From the NCBI GenBank assembly GCA_965117015.1, contig OZ220747.1:457812-521811 (forward strand): a DNA stretch of 64,000 nucleotides. Reading direction: 5' to 3'. The translations under genes were made by a program, and so were the position numbers. Under the pieces are notes generated by a model. That model searched no databases. It saw only the letters and a program-made list of their open reading frames with translations, and was not told the origin of the DNA. This document shows, piece after piece, positions 9,496 through 18,782 of the stretch (its first letter is position 1; every line of letters starts with the position of its first letter). This stretch comes from Acidimicrobiales bacterium. Its GTDB lineage: Bacteria; Actinomycetota; Acidimicrobiia; Acidimicrobiales; Aldehydirespiratoraceae.

Positions 9496-11016
9496 ATGGA
9501 CAGACCCAACATCCTGGTGGTCATGGCCGACCAGCTGGCCCCGCACTTCACCGGTGCCTACGGACATCCGCTGGTTCGCACTCCCGCTATGGATTCACTG
9601 GCCGAGCGGGGAGTCCGCTTCGACGCCGCCTACTGCAGCTCGCCGCTGTGCGCACCGTCGCGCTTCTCGATGATGTCGGGGAGGCTGGCGTCGGAGATCG
9701 GGGCGTTCGACAACGGAGCCGAGTTCACAGCCTCGATCCCCACCATGGCCCACTACCTGCGCCTGGCCGGCTATCGCACCACGCTGTCGGGAAAGATGCA
9801 CTTCGTCGGACCGGACCAGCTCCACGGCTTCGAGGAGCGCCTCACCACCGACGTCTACCCGTCCGGCTTCGCCTGGGCCGCCAACTGGGACGCGGCCGCC
9901 CAGCATCCCGGCAAGTGGTACTACGACTTCGAGTCGGTGACCGGGGCCGGACCGGTGCTGGCCAACTTCCAGATCGACTACGACGACGAGGTCGGATTCG
10001 CAGCCGTGCGCCGCCTCTACGACTTGGCCCGGCCCCACGCCGACGACCGGCCGTTCTTCCTGGTGGCGTCGTTCATCCATCCCCACGACCCCTACGAGGC
10101 CCGTCCCGAGTGGTGGAACCTCTACGACCACGACGACATCGACCCGCCCGATCCCATCCGCGACGAGGCGGTCGACCCCCACACCCTGCGCATCCGCCGG
10201 GGCACCCAGGGCGACACCGCCGGCTATACGGAGGCCCACTACCGCAACGCCCGCCACGGGTACTACGCGGCGACCAGCTATTTCGACTCCTGGCTCGGCC
10301 GCCTAGTCGATGCGCTGGCCGAGACCGGCCGCCTGGACGACACCGTGGTCATCGTCACCAGCGACCACGGCGACATGCTGGGCGACCGGGGCGTGTTCTT
10401 CAAGATGTCGTTCTTCGAGCGCTCGGCCCGGGTGCCGCTGATCATGGCCGGGCCCGGGATCGCGCCCGGCACGACCGTTCCGAACGCCTGCTCGCTGCTC
10501 GACCTTCTGCCCACCCTGCTCGACATAGCCTCCGACGGCGGTGCCTGGCCCGAGTTCGACACGCCGATCTCGGGGCGCAGCCTCTGGGAACTGGCCTGCG
10601 GCGGCAGCGACGACATCGACGAGACCGTCGGCGAGTACATGGCCGTGTTGACGTCGCATCCGGTCTTCATGATCCGTCGGGGCCGCCACAAGTACATCCA
10701 CTGCGACTCCGATCCCCCGCTGCTCTACGACATCGAGGCCGACCCGCTCGAGCGCACCAACCTGGCCGACGAACCCGGCTGCGCCGAGTTGGCCGCAGCC
10801 TTTGCAGCCGAGACCATGCAGCGTTGGGACAGCGCGGCCATCCGCGAGCGCGTGCTCGCCTCCCAGCGGTCCCGGCGCGCCGTCCAGGCCGCGATCGGCA
10901 CCAGCGGGCCCGGCTGGGACTACCGGCCCGAGCGCGACGCCAACACCGAATACGTCCGCGACCACACGACCTACGCCCAGATCGGTGCCCGCAGCCGGAT
11001 CACCCTCCCGGCCTGA
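9496..11016 (+). CDS. betC: choline-sulfatase-like type I sulfatase
   Basis: 506 aa. MDRPNILVVMADQL...SSPLCAPSRFSMMSG (C-x-P-x-R formylglycine motif). Overall choline sulfatase-like. Confidence 0.8.
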   Translation: MDRPNILVVMADQLAPHFTGAYGHPLVRTPAMDSLAERGVRFDAAYCSSPLCAPSRFSMMSGRLASEIGAFDNGAEFTASIPTMAHYLRLAGYRTTLSGKMHFVGPDQLHGFEERLTTDVYPSGFAWAANWDAAAQHPGKWYYDFESVTGAGPVLANFQIDYDDEVGFAAVRRLYDLARPHADDRPFFLVASFIHPHDPYEARPEWWNLYDHDDIDPPDPIRDEAVDPHTLRIRRGTQGDTAGYTEAHYRNARHGYYAATSYFDSWLGRLVDALAETGRLDDTVVIVTSDHGDMLGDRGVFFKMSFFERSARVPLIMAGPGIAPGTTVPNACSLLDLLPTLLDIASDGGAWPEFDTPISGRSLWELACGGSDDIDETVGEYMAVLTSHPVFMIRRGRHKYIHCDSDPPLLYDIEADPLERTNLADEPGCAELAAAFAAETMQRWDSAAIRERVLASQRSRRAVQAAIGTSGPGWDYRPERDANTEYVRDHTTYAQIGARSRITLPA

Positions 11017-11034
11017 ACCCGCCGAGAGGTTGGC

Positions 11035-12054
11035 TCAGATGGCCTTGACAGCGTCCATGACGGCCTGCCAGAGGTCGGGGTCGCCCCGGAACGGGGCGGA
11101 GAGCGAGGTCCGGGTGATGACATCGCCGTAGCGGCGGGCGAGCTCGGGAGCGATCTGATCGGGCGGCGCGACCACCGCGAAGGCGTTGAGCATCTCGTCG
11201 TCGATGAGGGCACCCATCTCGACCCACCGGCCCCGCTTGGAAAGGGCGTTGAGCTCGGTCTGGAGGCCGCCCCAGCCGTGGATCTCCAGCACGGGCCGGT
11301 AGGCGGGGGTGGAGCCGTAGAAGGCGATCTGCTGGCGGGTGGCGGCCGCGGCCCGCTCGATCTCCTCGTCGGTCTCACCGGTGATCACGAACGACGACCC
11401 TGCGATCTGGTAGCCGTCCATCTCGGCGCCCGCCTCAGCCCGACCCCGCTCCAGCGCCGGCAGCGTCACCTCGCGCAGGAACTTCTCGGTGGTGAACGGG
11501 TGGCACAGGAACCCGTCGCACACCTCGCCGGCCACTTCGGTCATCAGCGGGCCGACCCCGGCCAGCAGGATGGGCGGCGGCCCGAATTCGCCGAGGTCGC
11601 CGGCGTGGGGCGTGAACATCGGCGTCATCAGGGTGTGGCGGTAGAACTCGCCCTCGAAGCGCAGCGGCGTGCCGTGCTGCCAGGCGTCCCAGATGGCCCG
11701 GACAGCCTGCACCATCTCGCGCATGCGGGCCGCGGGCTTGCTCCACTCCATCGAGAAGCGCTTGGTGATGTGGGGCTTGATCTGGCTGCCTAGCCCCAGC
11801 ACGAAACGGCCCTGCGACAGCGTCTGCAGGTCCCAACCGATGTTGGCCAGCAGCATCGGGTTGCGGGCGAAGGCCACTGCGATGGCGGTGCCCAGTTCGA
11901 CCTCGCGGGTGCTGGTCGCGGCGACGGCCAGGGGCAGGAACGGGTCGTGGGGCCCCTCCAGCGTCCACACGCCCGAGTAGCCGGCCGCCTCCAGCTGGGC
12001 GGCCGCGGTTCCGGCCTCGGTGATCGAGCCGGTGAGCAACGCATCGACCTTCAT
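11035..12054 (-). CDS. LLM-class (luciferase-like) F420-dependent oxidoreductase
   Basis: MKVDALLTG... luciferase-like monooxygenase fold sequence resembling the TIGR03617-type family (recalled). Alternative start at 12078. Confidence 0.8.
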   Translation of the reverse strand: MKVDALLTGSITEAGTAAAQLEAAGYSGVWTLEGPHDPFLPLAVAATSTREVELGTAIAVAFARNPMLLANIGWDLQTLSQGRFVLGLGSQIKPHITKRFSMEWSKPAARMREMVQAVRAIWDAWQHGTPLRFEGEFYRHTLMTPMFTPHAGDLGEFGPPPILLAGVGPLMTEVAGEVCDGFLCHPFTTEKFLREVTLPALERGRAEAGAEMDGYQIAGSSFVITGETDEEIERAAAATRQQIAFYGSTPAYRPVLEIHGWGGLQTELNALSKRGRWVEMGALIDDEMLNAFAVVAPPDQIAPELARRYGDVITRTSLSAPFRGDPDLWQAVMDAVKAI

Positions 12055-12084
12055 GGCGAGCGACGGTACTGCGATCACGCCACC

Positions 12085-13233
12085 ATGCGAGAGCGCCTAG
12101 CCTCAGCGCTCATCGCCGCACGCGCTCACTCCACCGGAGAGGACCTGTACCGGATCGTGTGCGACTACGCCGCGCTCGGGCACCACCGTTCTGGAACCGA
12201 CCGCGATGCCGCTACCACGGAATGGTTCGTTGAGCTGATGAGCGACCTTGGAGACGTGACCACCGCACCGGTGGAGTTCGATCGCTACGAAGCCAGCAGC
12301 GAGCTGACCGCCGACGGGCGCCCCTTCGAGCACCTGCCCCTCTACTACGAGTTCACCGGGGTTGTTGACACCTCGGATGTGGCCGTCCGCCGGCTCGATC
12401 CCCTCGCGGGTGGCTACCCGCGGGTGGCCGATGAACTCATCGACGAGATCCAGAGAGCTGGACACCAGGCGCTGGCGATAGCCACCGAGCATCCCGACGG
12501 CGATCTCGTCGCCATCAATCGCGACCTGGCTGCGTCTGCTTCCGGTTTGCCGACGGTGCTGGTCGCTGGACGTCACTACGAGTCGCTGACGTCATCGGCG
12601 CTTCGTCTGAGGCTCGACGCGCGGCTGACGGCTGGCCGCACGGCCAACATCGAGGTCAACAACGACCACCTCGGCCGTCGTCTCGTGCTGACCACGCCGC
12701 TGCACGGGTGGTTCGGCGCCGCCGGCGAGCGGGGCACGGGCATTGCCGTGCTGCGCTCCGTGGCCGAGCGGCTCGCCCACCGTCCGCTGACGATCGTGGG
12801 CACCGGGGGCCACGAGTTGAGCTACCTGGGCGCGTTCGCTTGGGTGGGCCGATGTGCCCAGCCGCCCGCCTGCGTTGCTCATATCGGGGCGTCGCCGGCC
12901 GTCGAGGCACCGGGCCCGGACGGTTCTCGCCGGCTGATCGACAGCCGCATCGCCATGACCACGCTGGGCGAGTCATCTGGCGGTCCGGTTGGTGCCGCGC
13001 TTCAAGACGCCGGGATCAGCCTGCGGTGCGATTCGGACTCGTGGCTCGGCGAGGGCGAGGCATGGAGCCGGTTGGGTGTTCCCGTGCTGTCGACGACTGG
13101 AGCCGGCCCGGACTTTCACACTCCCTCCGACTCTGCCGAGCGATCAACCTCGCCGGAGGCCCTGGCCCTGGTGGCCGACGCCGTGCATCGGGCCGTGGCC
13201 TCCTTCTGGGACGCCGCTACGGTCGGCTCATAG
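12085..13233 (+). CDS. hypothetical protein, possibly M28-like metallopeptidase fold
   Basis: First non-overlapping ATG of the 428-aa track ORF. GTGGHELSYLG and DFHTPSDSAE resemble M28 peptidase metal and YHTxxD motifs. Weak assignment. Confidence 0.5.
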   Translation: MRERLASALIAARAHSTGEDLYRIVCDYAALGHHRSGTDRDAATTEWFVELMSDLGDVTTAPVEFDRYEASSELTADGRPFEHLPLYYEFTGVVDTSDVAVRRLDPLAGGYPRVADELIDEIQRAGHQALAIATEHPDGDLVAINRDLAASASGLPTVLVAGRHYESLTSSALRLRLDARLTAGRTANIEVNNDHLGRRLVLTTPLHGWFGAAGERGTGIAVLRSVAERLAHRPLTIVGTGGHELSYLGAFAWVGRCAQPPACVAHIGASPAVEAPGPDGSRRLIDSRIAMTTLGESSGGPVGAALQDAGISLRCDSDSWLGEGEAWSRLGVPVLSTTGAGPDFHTPSDSAERSTSPEALALVADAVHRAVASFWDAATVGS

Positions 13234-13260
13234 GGGCAAGCAGGACTCAAGGAGTACGGC

Positions 13261-14103
13261 ATGCAAGTTCGGAGAGTCGCCGGAGCGCTGGGCGCGGAGA
13301 TCATCGGCGTCGACCTCCGGGATCCCGACCTCGACTTCGACGCCGTCTATGGGGCCTTCCTCGAGCACGAGGTCATCTTCTTCCGGGAAGCGCATCTCAC
13401 CGAGGAGGAGCACCTCGCCCTCGGTCGCCGCTTCGGCACGCCCAGCATCTACCCGGTCGCTCGGGTCATGGGCGCGACCGAGCCCACCATGACCGTCATC
13501 AAGGACGGCCCCGACAGTCCCAACGCCGCCGACCTCTGGCACACCGACGTCACCTGGATAGCCACCCCGCCCAAGGCCGCGCTGCTGCACATGGAACTGG
13601 CTCCCGAGTACGGCGGCGACACGCTGTGGGCTTCGGCCACTCGCGCCTACGAGATGCTCAGCCCGGCGGTGCAGGAGTTCTTCGCTTCGCTGACGATCGT
13701 GCACTCCAACGAGGGGTACCTGAAGCGAGTGGACGAGAAGGCCGGTGAGCACGCCGAGGCGATCGCCGAGGCGATCAGGCGCGACTACGCCCCGGTGGAG
13801 CATCCCCTGGTGCGCACCCATCCGGAGACCGGCAAGCGGGCCCTGCTGTACGCCGAGAGCTTCGTCGACCATGTGGCCGGGGTGAGCCGGGCTGAGAGCG
13901 ACATGGTCCTCAACTTCCTGCGCGAGCACGTGGCCGAGGTGTCCCTGCATTGCCGCTGGCAGTGGCAGAACGGCGATCTGGCCATCTGGGACGAGCGCTC
14001 CACACTGCACCGGTCCGCGGCGGACCACTTTCCCCAGCGCCGCATCATCCGTCGCCTCGAGATCGACGGCGACCGCCCCTACTTCGACCCCAACGGCTCG
14101 TAG
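13261..14103 (+). CDS. TauD/TfdA family Fe(II)/2-oxoglutarate-dependent dioxygenase
   Basis: 280 aa. LWHTDVTW (HxD facial triad), RRIIRRL tail. AAGGAG RBS 7 nt upstream. Confidence 0.85.
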   Translation: MQVRRVAGALGAEIIGVDLRDPDLDFDAVYGAFLEHEVIFFREAHLTEEEHLALGRRFGTPSIYPVARVMGATEPTMTVIKDGPDSPNAADLWHTDVTWIATPPKAALLHMELAPEYGGDTLWASATRAYEMLSPAVQEFFASLTIVHSNEGYLKRVDEKAGEHAEAIAEAIRRDYAPVEHPLVRTHPETGKRALLYAESFVDHVAGVSRAESDMVLNFLREHVAEVSLHCRWQWQNGDLAIWDERSTLHRSAADHFPQRRIIRRLEIDGDRPYFDPNGS

Positions 14104-14138
14104 TCGCTCGCCTTCGACTCCCTGCCCGCGGCGGGTCG

Positions 14139-14558
14139 TCAGCCGAGCTCGTCGTCGCTCGTGCCCGTTGCGTCGGGGGCGCTCGGGCCGGTGAGTCGCC
14201 CCGCTAAGGCATTGTCCACCGCGGCGGTGGCGTTGAGGTGGGCTATCAGCGCGGTCAGCTTCCGGTCGATCTCCGCGACCGCCGCTTCGAGCTTGTCGAA
14301 TCGGGCATCCATCTTGGCCTCAAGGCGATCGACCTTGGCCTCGAGGCGATCGATGCGCGCGTTGGTGTCGTCGATGCGGATGTGGGGGCTGACTATCGCT
14401 GCGGTCAGCAGGGCGATGATTACGAGGCCGAAGAAGCTCAGCAGCGGATTCTCCGCAACCTGATCCCGCAGGCTGGGCCTGACCATGGTCGCGGCGCCGG
14501 CCCGCGCTTGCGCCTGGTCGGTCGCTGCCTCAGGTGCGGTGTCAGACGGGTTGACCAT
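14139..14558 (-). CDS. hypothetical membrane-anchored coiled-coil protein (start uncertain)
   Basis: C-terminal part of the 221-aa track ORF. TM helix LLSFFGLVIIALLTAAIV followed by heptad-like RIDRLEAKVDRLEAKMDARFDKLEAAVAEIDRKL. The upstream part of the track ORF crosses the AT-rich promoter region. Confidence 0.5.
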   Translation of the reverse strand: MVNPSDTAPEAATDQAQARAGAATMVRPSLRDQVAENPLLSFFGLVIIALLTAAIVSPHIRIDDTNARIDRLEAKVDRLEAKMDARFDKLEAAVAEIDRKLTALIAHLNATAAVDNALAGRLTGPSAPDATGTSDDELG

Positions 14559-14610
14559 GGGAGATGTCGCTTCGGCGGCGGGTATCGGAGCGGATGACAG
14601 ACCCAATATC

Positions 14611-14639
14611 ATATTATATGTCTTGATGCTTTGTGCCAA
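14611..14639 (-). promoter_or_regulatory. sigma70-like promoter candidate for the minus-strand gene
   Basis: Minus strand reads TTGGCA (14639-14634), 17 nt, TAATAT (14616-11). TATAAT also overlaps at 14618-13. The region is 20 G/C in 60 nt (14601-14660) by my count. Confidence 0.3.
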
Positions 14640-14677
14640 TATATTGATGCTCTGTGCTATTGTGGTACTTGCTGTGC
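14623..14677. repeat. phased direct repeats TTGATGCT(T/C)TGTGC x2 plus a degenerate third copy
   Basis: 14623-14636 and 14644-14657 differ at one base, with a 21-nt period. CTTGCTGTGC at 14668-14677 is a partial third copy. Located in the divergent intergenic region. Confidence 0.6.
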
Positions 14678-14775
14678 GTCGGACCGGGCTGCAACGCCTG
14701 CCACGACTTCGGCCGCATCGGAGCCGTCGAAAGCTCCCGCCTAGTTGAAACCCGCAACAGGAAGGGAGACCGCAG

Positions 14776-15195
14776 ATGGCGATGACCAACACACAGCGCG
14801 CCACGCTCTACGCGACATTGGCAGAAACCATCGGACAACAAGAAGCCGAGACGCTTATGGAGCAGCTCCCGCCGTCGGGCTGGGACCAAGTAGCCACCAA
14901 GGACGACCTCAGAGTCCTCGGAGCCAACTTCGCCGCCGCGCTCGCCGAGACGAACGCCGCCATAGTCGCGACCAACGCCGCCATGACCGCAGGCTTCGCC
15001 GAAACCAACGCCGCCATGACCGCAGGCTTCGCCGAGACCAACGCCGCCATGAAGGCTGGCCTCGCCGAGGCGGCCAAGGAGCGGGCCGAGATCGTCAAGA
15101 GCCAGGCCAGGCAGCTCTACATCGCCACGGCCACGATCATCGCGGCCACCGTGTCGATCTGGATGGCGCTCTTCACCGGCGCCGGTGCCAGCTAG
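14776..15195 (+). CDS. hypothetical tail-anchored protein, DUF1640-like N-terminus, internal 11-aa tandem repeats
   Basis: 139 aa. LAETIGQQEAETLMEQLP..WDQVATKDDL resembles DUF1640-type proteins (recalled). AETNAAMTAGF x3. C-terminal TM helix LYIATATIIAATVSIWMALF. Confidence 0.6.
   Translation: MAMTNTQRATLYATLAETIGQQEAETLMEQLPPSGWDQVATKDDLRVLGANFAAALAETNAAIVATNAAMTAGFAETNAAMTAGFAETNAAMKAGLAEAAKERAEIVKSQARQLYIATATIIAATVSIWMALFTGAGAS
14944..15069 (+). repeat. 33-bp in-frame tandem repeat (about 3.5 copies)
   Basis: ACCAACGCCGCCATGACCGCAGGCTTCGCCGA(A/G) at 14971-15003 and 15004-15036, with diverged copies on both sides. Confidence 0.8.
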
Positions 15196-15282
15196 GACCA
15201 CAGCGCCCGCTCGAGTACACGTCCCCCGACGAGACCCTAGACAGCGGCAACGGCTCTGGAGCGCTGCCCCACATCATGGCTG

Positions 15283-15780
15283 ATGTCTCACCCGGTCCGT
15301 ACGGTGGCCATCATGGTGTCAGGCGTCGAGACGGGCTTCGAGGTCAGGCTCGGTGACATGAGGGGCTGTGTTCTCATAGAGAACGCCGTAACCGTCGTAG
15401 TCGAGACCGTCGCCGAGGCCCGGGAGGCCATTCTTGGCTACGCGACGGACGCGCTCGGCCACCACGCCCACGATCCGGAACGGCGAGAGTACCTGCGCCT
15501 GAACGTACGACCGGACGGCGCGACCTGGAAGGATCTGGCCGAGTGCGAGGAGGGCCGCCGCTACGACCCGGCAGATCCCGACACCGGCATGACGTGCAGC
15601 TACCTCCTCTACATGCAGGGCGGCCTGGAAGGCGTCGGCGGCGTGATGTGGACTTACGGCGTAACGATCTGGGCCACCGCACCCCCGAAAGTCTGGGACC
15701 ACCCCACCGGCCAACCCGCCGGTATGGACGAGGACGACATCCGCGGCGACGATGTAGGAATCGACACAGACTCGGATTGA
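15283..15780 (+). CDS. hypothetical protein (165 aa), acidic C-terminus
   Basis: Track ORF with GC-rich third positions. No family recognised. Ends 28 nt before mcrB. Confidence 0.5.
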   Translation: MSHPVRTVAIMVSGVETGFEVRLGDMRGCVLIENAVTVVVETVAEAREAILGYATDALGHHAHDPERREYLRLNVRPDGATWKDLAECEEGRRYDPADPDTGMTCSYLLYMQGGLEGVGGVMWTYGVTIWATAPPKVWDHPTGQPAGMDEDDIRGDDVGIDTDSD

Positions 15781-15807
15781 CGTCCGCCAATCCCGAAAGC
15801 GAGCACC

Positions 15808-18420
15808 ATGTCCCTGACCGACGAACCCGCCGACATCCGGGAAGCAGGCCTCCCTCCCGAGAGACCCGACGACGACGCGCCAAGCACAGTCCCCACCATC
15901 GCCACTCTGCGATGGCCGATCGTCCAAGCGCTCCGCGATGTCGGTCAGGCATCTGACGCTGAACTAGTTGAACTTGTAGCCGACTCCCTGAAGCTGACCG
16001 ACCAGCAGAGAGCTGAGATGATTCCCTCAGAACAGGAGACCAGGCTCAAGAATCGCGTCAGCTGGGCCGCACACGAACTCAAGCAGATTGGTGCTGTCTA
16101 CTACCCCGCGCCGAGCTTCCGTGCGTTGACAGCGCTCGGAAACGAGATCGACGACGACCAGATTAGGGACTTGCACCGCGCCTTCGAGGCAGAAGAGCGA
16201 CGACGCAAGAAGGCCAAGAAGAAGGGGGAGCAAGTGCCGACCGACACTCCGACCGCGTGGCTCATCAGAGCAGGCGGACAGGGTGAACTCGCGGAGTCCT
16301 TCATCGAGAACAAGATCGTCGCGGTCGGCTTTGGCCAGCTTGGCGACCTGTCCGAGGTTTCGAGCCGTGACAAGGTTCTCGAACTAGTCAAGCTTGACTG
16401 GCCAGAGTCCAGCGACGGGCAGGCCCTCGCTAGGGCGAACCAACTCTGGGCGTTGTCTTCGCAGGTCCACCGCGGCGATGTGGTTGTGATGCCGAGCACG
16501 AACAATTCTGGGTTTGCGCTAGGAACAGTCACGGAGGAGTACTCGTATAGGCACGATGCTGCCGATACGCGCTACCACGCCGTGTCGGTGGAATGGAAAC
16601 CCGACGAAGTCCCGCGTACGGCCCTGCAGCCCGATCTTCTCAAGGCACTTGGCCTTCGGCCGACGGTCAACATGATCCGAGACGGTGACCACGCGCGCCG
16701 TGTTCAGCAACTGCTTGAAACAGGTCTAGATCCCGGCCCACAATCCGCACTCAACCTTCCCGATCTGGTCAAGCAGTTCTACCGCGAGACGGGTTATCCG
16801 ACTGAAGCCCATAAGGAGCAGAGGCGATTGCGGGAGGAATGGGCCAAGAAGCTGTCGCGTGAGAACATCTTGTCTCTGAGCCGCGAGGACCTTCACGCCT
16901 TCACAAGTAACGCGGTCGACTATTACGAAGGCGAATATGTCAAGGCAAGTGGAAACCAGTCGAAGTGGATTAGAGACCTAGATGACGCAGAGTTTCTGGG
17001 GCTCCTAAACAACATCAAGGATCTTTGCTGGGGCGAAGACGAACTATCCACCCGGATCGACCGCCTTGCCCACTATCGCGGCTATCAACGGATTACAGGA
17101 ACAAAGGGCTTCTCGGGCAGCAATGTGGGAGCGGCTCTCGCTATCTGTCTCCCACACGAGATTATTCCGACCTCTTCTCAGAATGGCAAGAGATGGGGAC
17201 GCAACGTGATGTTGCGCAGACTCGGCCTCCCCGATACGCCCTATGGACAGGGTCTGAGTTTCGGATCCGAGTTCGTAGACGCCAACGACCGACTCCGAAC
17301 GCATCTCGCTCCACAGTTCAAGGGCGATACGCAGGCAATGGGAGTCTTCCTGCATTGGCTGGTCTATCAGGACTATTGGCTGGTCGATCCGGGCGCTAGT
17401 GGGTCCGGTTCCGATGCCGAGTTGGATTTTCCCGACTTGGCGGACAGGTTGTTGATTGATGCACAGTTCCTGACGGACATTGTGTCTCTGTTGAAGGACA
17501 AGGGGCAGGTGATCTTGTATGGGCCTCCGGGGACCGGGAAGACGTTCCTGGCGCGGGAGCTGGCGAAGGAGTTGGCGCCGGAGGAATCGTGCCGAGCGCT
17601 GGTGCAGTTCCACCCGTCCACGACCTATGAGGATTTCTTCGAGGGATACCGGCCTGCGGGGACCGGCGACGACGGAGGCATCCGCTACAAGCTGACACCG
17701 GGGCCTCTGAAACGCATGGCTAAGCGGGCTCGCAATGCACCTGACGACAAGAAGCACGTGATGATCATCGACGAGATCAACCGGGGGAACCTGCCCAGCG
17801 TGCTTGGGGAACTGCTATTCCTGCTGGAATACCGGGACGAGAGCGTGGAGACGCTCTACCGGCCAAAGAAGCCGTTCTCGCTCCCCGACAACCTCTGGTT
17901 CATCGGCACCATGAACACCGCCGACCGGTCGATTGCGCTGGTGGACGCGGCGCTGCGGCGGCGGTTCCACTTCGTGCCGTTCTTCCCCAACAGGGGGCCG
18001 ATGGCTGGACTCCTCGGCCGCTGGCTTGCTCGCGAGGGTGAGCCCGCGTGGATCGGCCACCTAGTCGATGCGGTCAACAACGAACTCAAGGAGATCCTTG
18101 AGGGCTCCCATCTCCTACTTGGTCCGAGCCACTTCATGAAAGAGTACGGCTCGTCGCTGGACACCCAGCGGGAGCGACTGCGGCGCATCTGGGAGTACAA
18201 CATCGAGCCGTTCATCGAGGACCAGTTCTTCGGCGATCCCCAACAGATCGACCGTTTCCGGTTCGACGCGGTGATGAGGCGCAATGGGCCGTTGACAGAG
18301 TCCGATGTCGACGCCAGCGACGACGGCGACGATCTGGAGAATACCGACGGCTCCGATGCAGCCGCGGAGGGAGATGCCGCCGTCGAGCCCGGCCTTACGC
18401 AGCCCGAGGGCGAGGGATGA
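15808..18420 (+). CDS. mcrB: McrB-family AAA+ GTPase of a type IV restriction system, with Mrr_N winged-helix plus an unassigned N-terminal domain
   Basis: 870 aa. Residues about 40-125 match the Mrr_N pattern (IATLRWPIVQAL...RLKNRVSWAAHELKQIGAV). Walker A LYGPPGTGKTF, Walker B VMIIDEINRGN, McrB signature FIGTMNTADRS, RRRFHFVPF. GC is visibly lower than in the flanks. Confidence 0.9.
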   Translation: MSLTDEPADIREAGLPPERPDDDAPSTVPTIATLRWPIVQALRDVGQASDAELVELVADSLKLTDQQRAEMIPSEQETRLKNRVSWAAHELKQIGAVYYPAPSFRALTALGNEIDDDQIRDLHRAFEAEERRRKKAKKKGEQVPTDTPTAWLIRAGGQGELAESFIENKIVAVGFGQLGDLSEVSSRDKVLELVKLDWPESSDGQALARANQLWALSSQVHRGDVVVMPSTNNSGFALGTVTEEYSYRHDAADTRYHAVSVEWKPDEVPRTALQPDLLKALGLRPTVNMIRDGDHARRVQQLLETGLDPGPQSALNLPDLVKQFYRETGYPTEAHKEQRRLREEWAKKLSRENILSLSREDLHAFTSNAVDYYEGEYVKASGNQSKWIRDLDDAEFLGLLNNIKDLCWGEDELSTRIDRLAHYRGYQRITGTKGFSGSNVGAALAICLPHEIIPTSSQNGKRWGRNVMLRRLGLPDTPYGQGLSFGSEFVDANDRLRTHLAPQFKGDTQAMGVFLHWLVYQDYWLVDPGASGSGSDAELDFPDLADRLLIDAQFLTDIVSLLKDKGQVILYGPPGTGKTFLARELAKELAPEESCRALVQFHPSTTYEDFFEGYRPAGTGDDGGIRYKLTPGPLKRMAKRARNAPDDKKHVMIIDEINRGNLPSVLGELLFLLEYRDESVETLYRPKKPFSLPDNLWFIGTMNTADRSIALVDAALRRRFHFVPFFPNRGPMAGLLGRWLAREGEPAWIGHLVDAVNNELKEILEGSHLLLGPSHFMKEYGSSLDTQRERLRRIWEYNIEPFIEDQFFGDPQQIDRFRFDAVMRRNGPLTESDVDASDDGDDLENTDGSDAAAEGDAAVEPGLTQPEGEG

Positions 18421-18439
18421 CCGGATCGCTGCCTAGGTC

Positions 18440-18709
18440 GTGCCCTGGGTGCCATCAGCGATGGCCCGACTGCACCTGCAGGACTGGCAGGCGATGCTCG
18501 CAGAAGCCCACGCCGACGCCGAGCCCGAGTTCCGCGGTAGGGGCCTGCTCATCGGAATCAACGTCGATGACATCAAGGTCGGCGACATCCTCACCACAGG
18601 CCAGGACATCGAAGTCGCCGATGCTTGGCACTGCAGCGCCACGGGCTGCGGCTTGAAGAACATCGATCGTGCCGTGATCGAAGGCCACATTGCCCACCTG
18701 CGCCGCTAG
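18440..18709 (+). CDS. small hypothetical protein (89 aa) between mcrB and mcrC
   Basis: Track ORF. Codon third positions are GC-rich, as in real genes here. The competing antisense ORFs look like low-complexity artefacts. No family recognised. Confidence 0.45.
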   Translation: MPWVPSAMARLHLQDWQAMLAEAHADAEPEFRGRGLLIGINVDDIKVGDILTTGQDIEVADAWHCSATGCGLKNIDRAVIEGHIAHLRR

Positions 18710-18782
18710 GCGCCCTCTGGCGACGATGCCCGAGCGGACGAAGAAAGCTGACTTGGCGGATGCGCTCGATGCGTAACTACTC

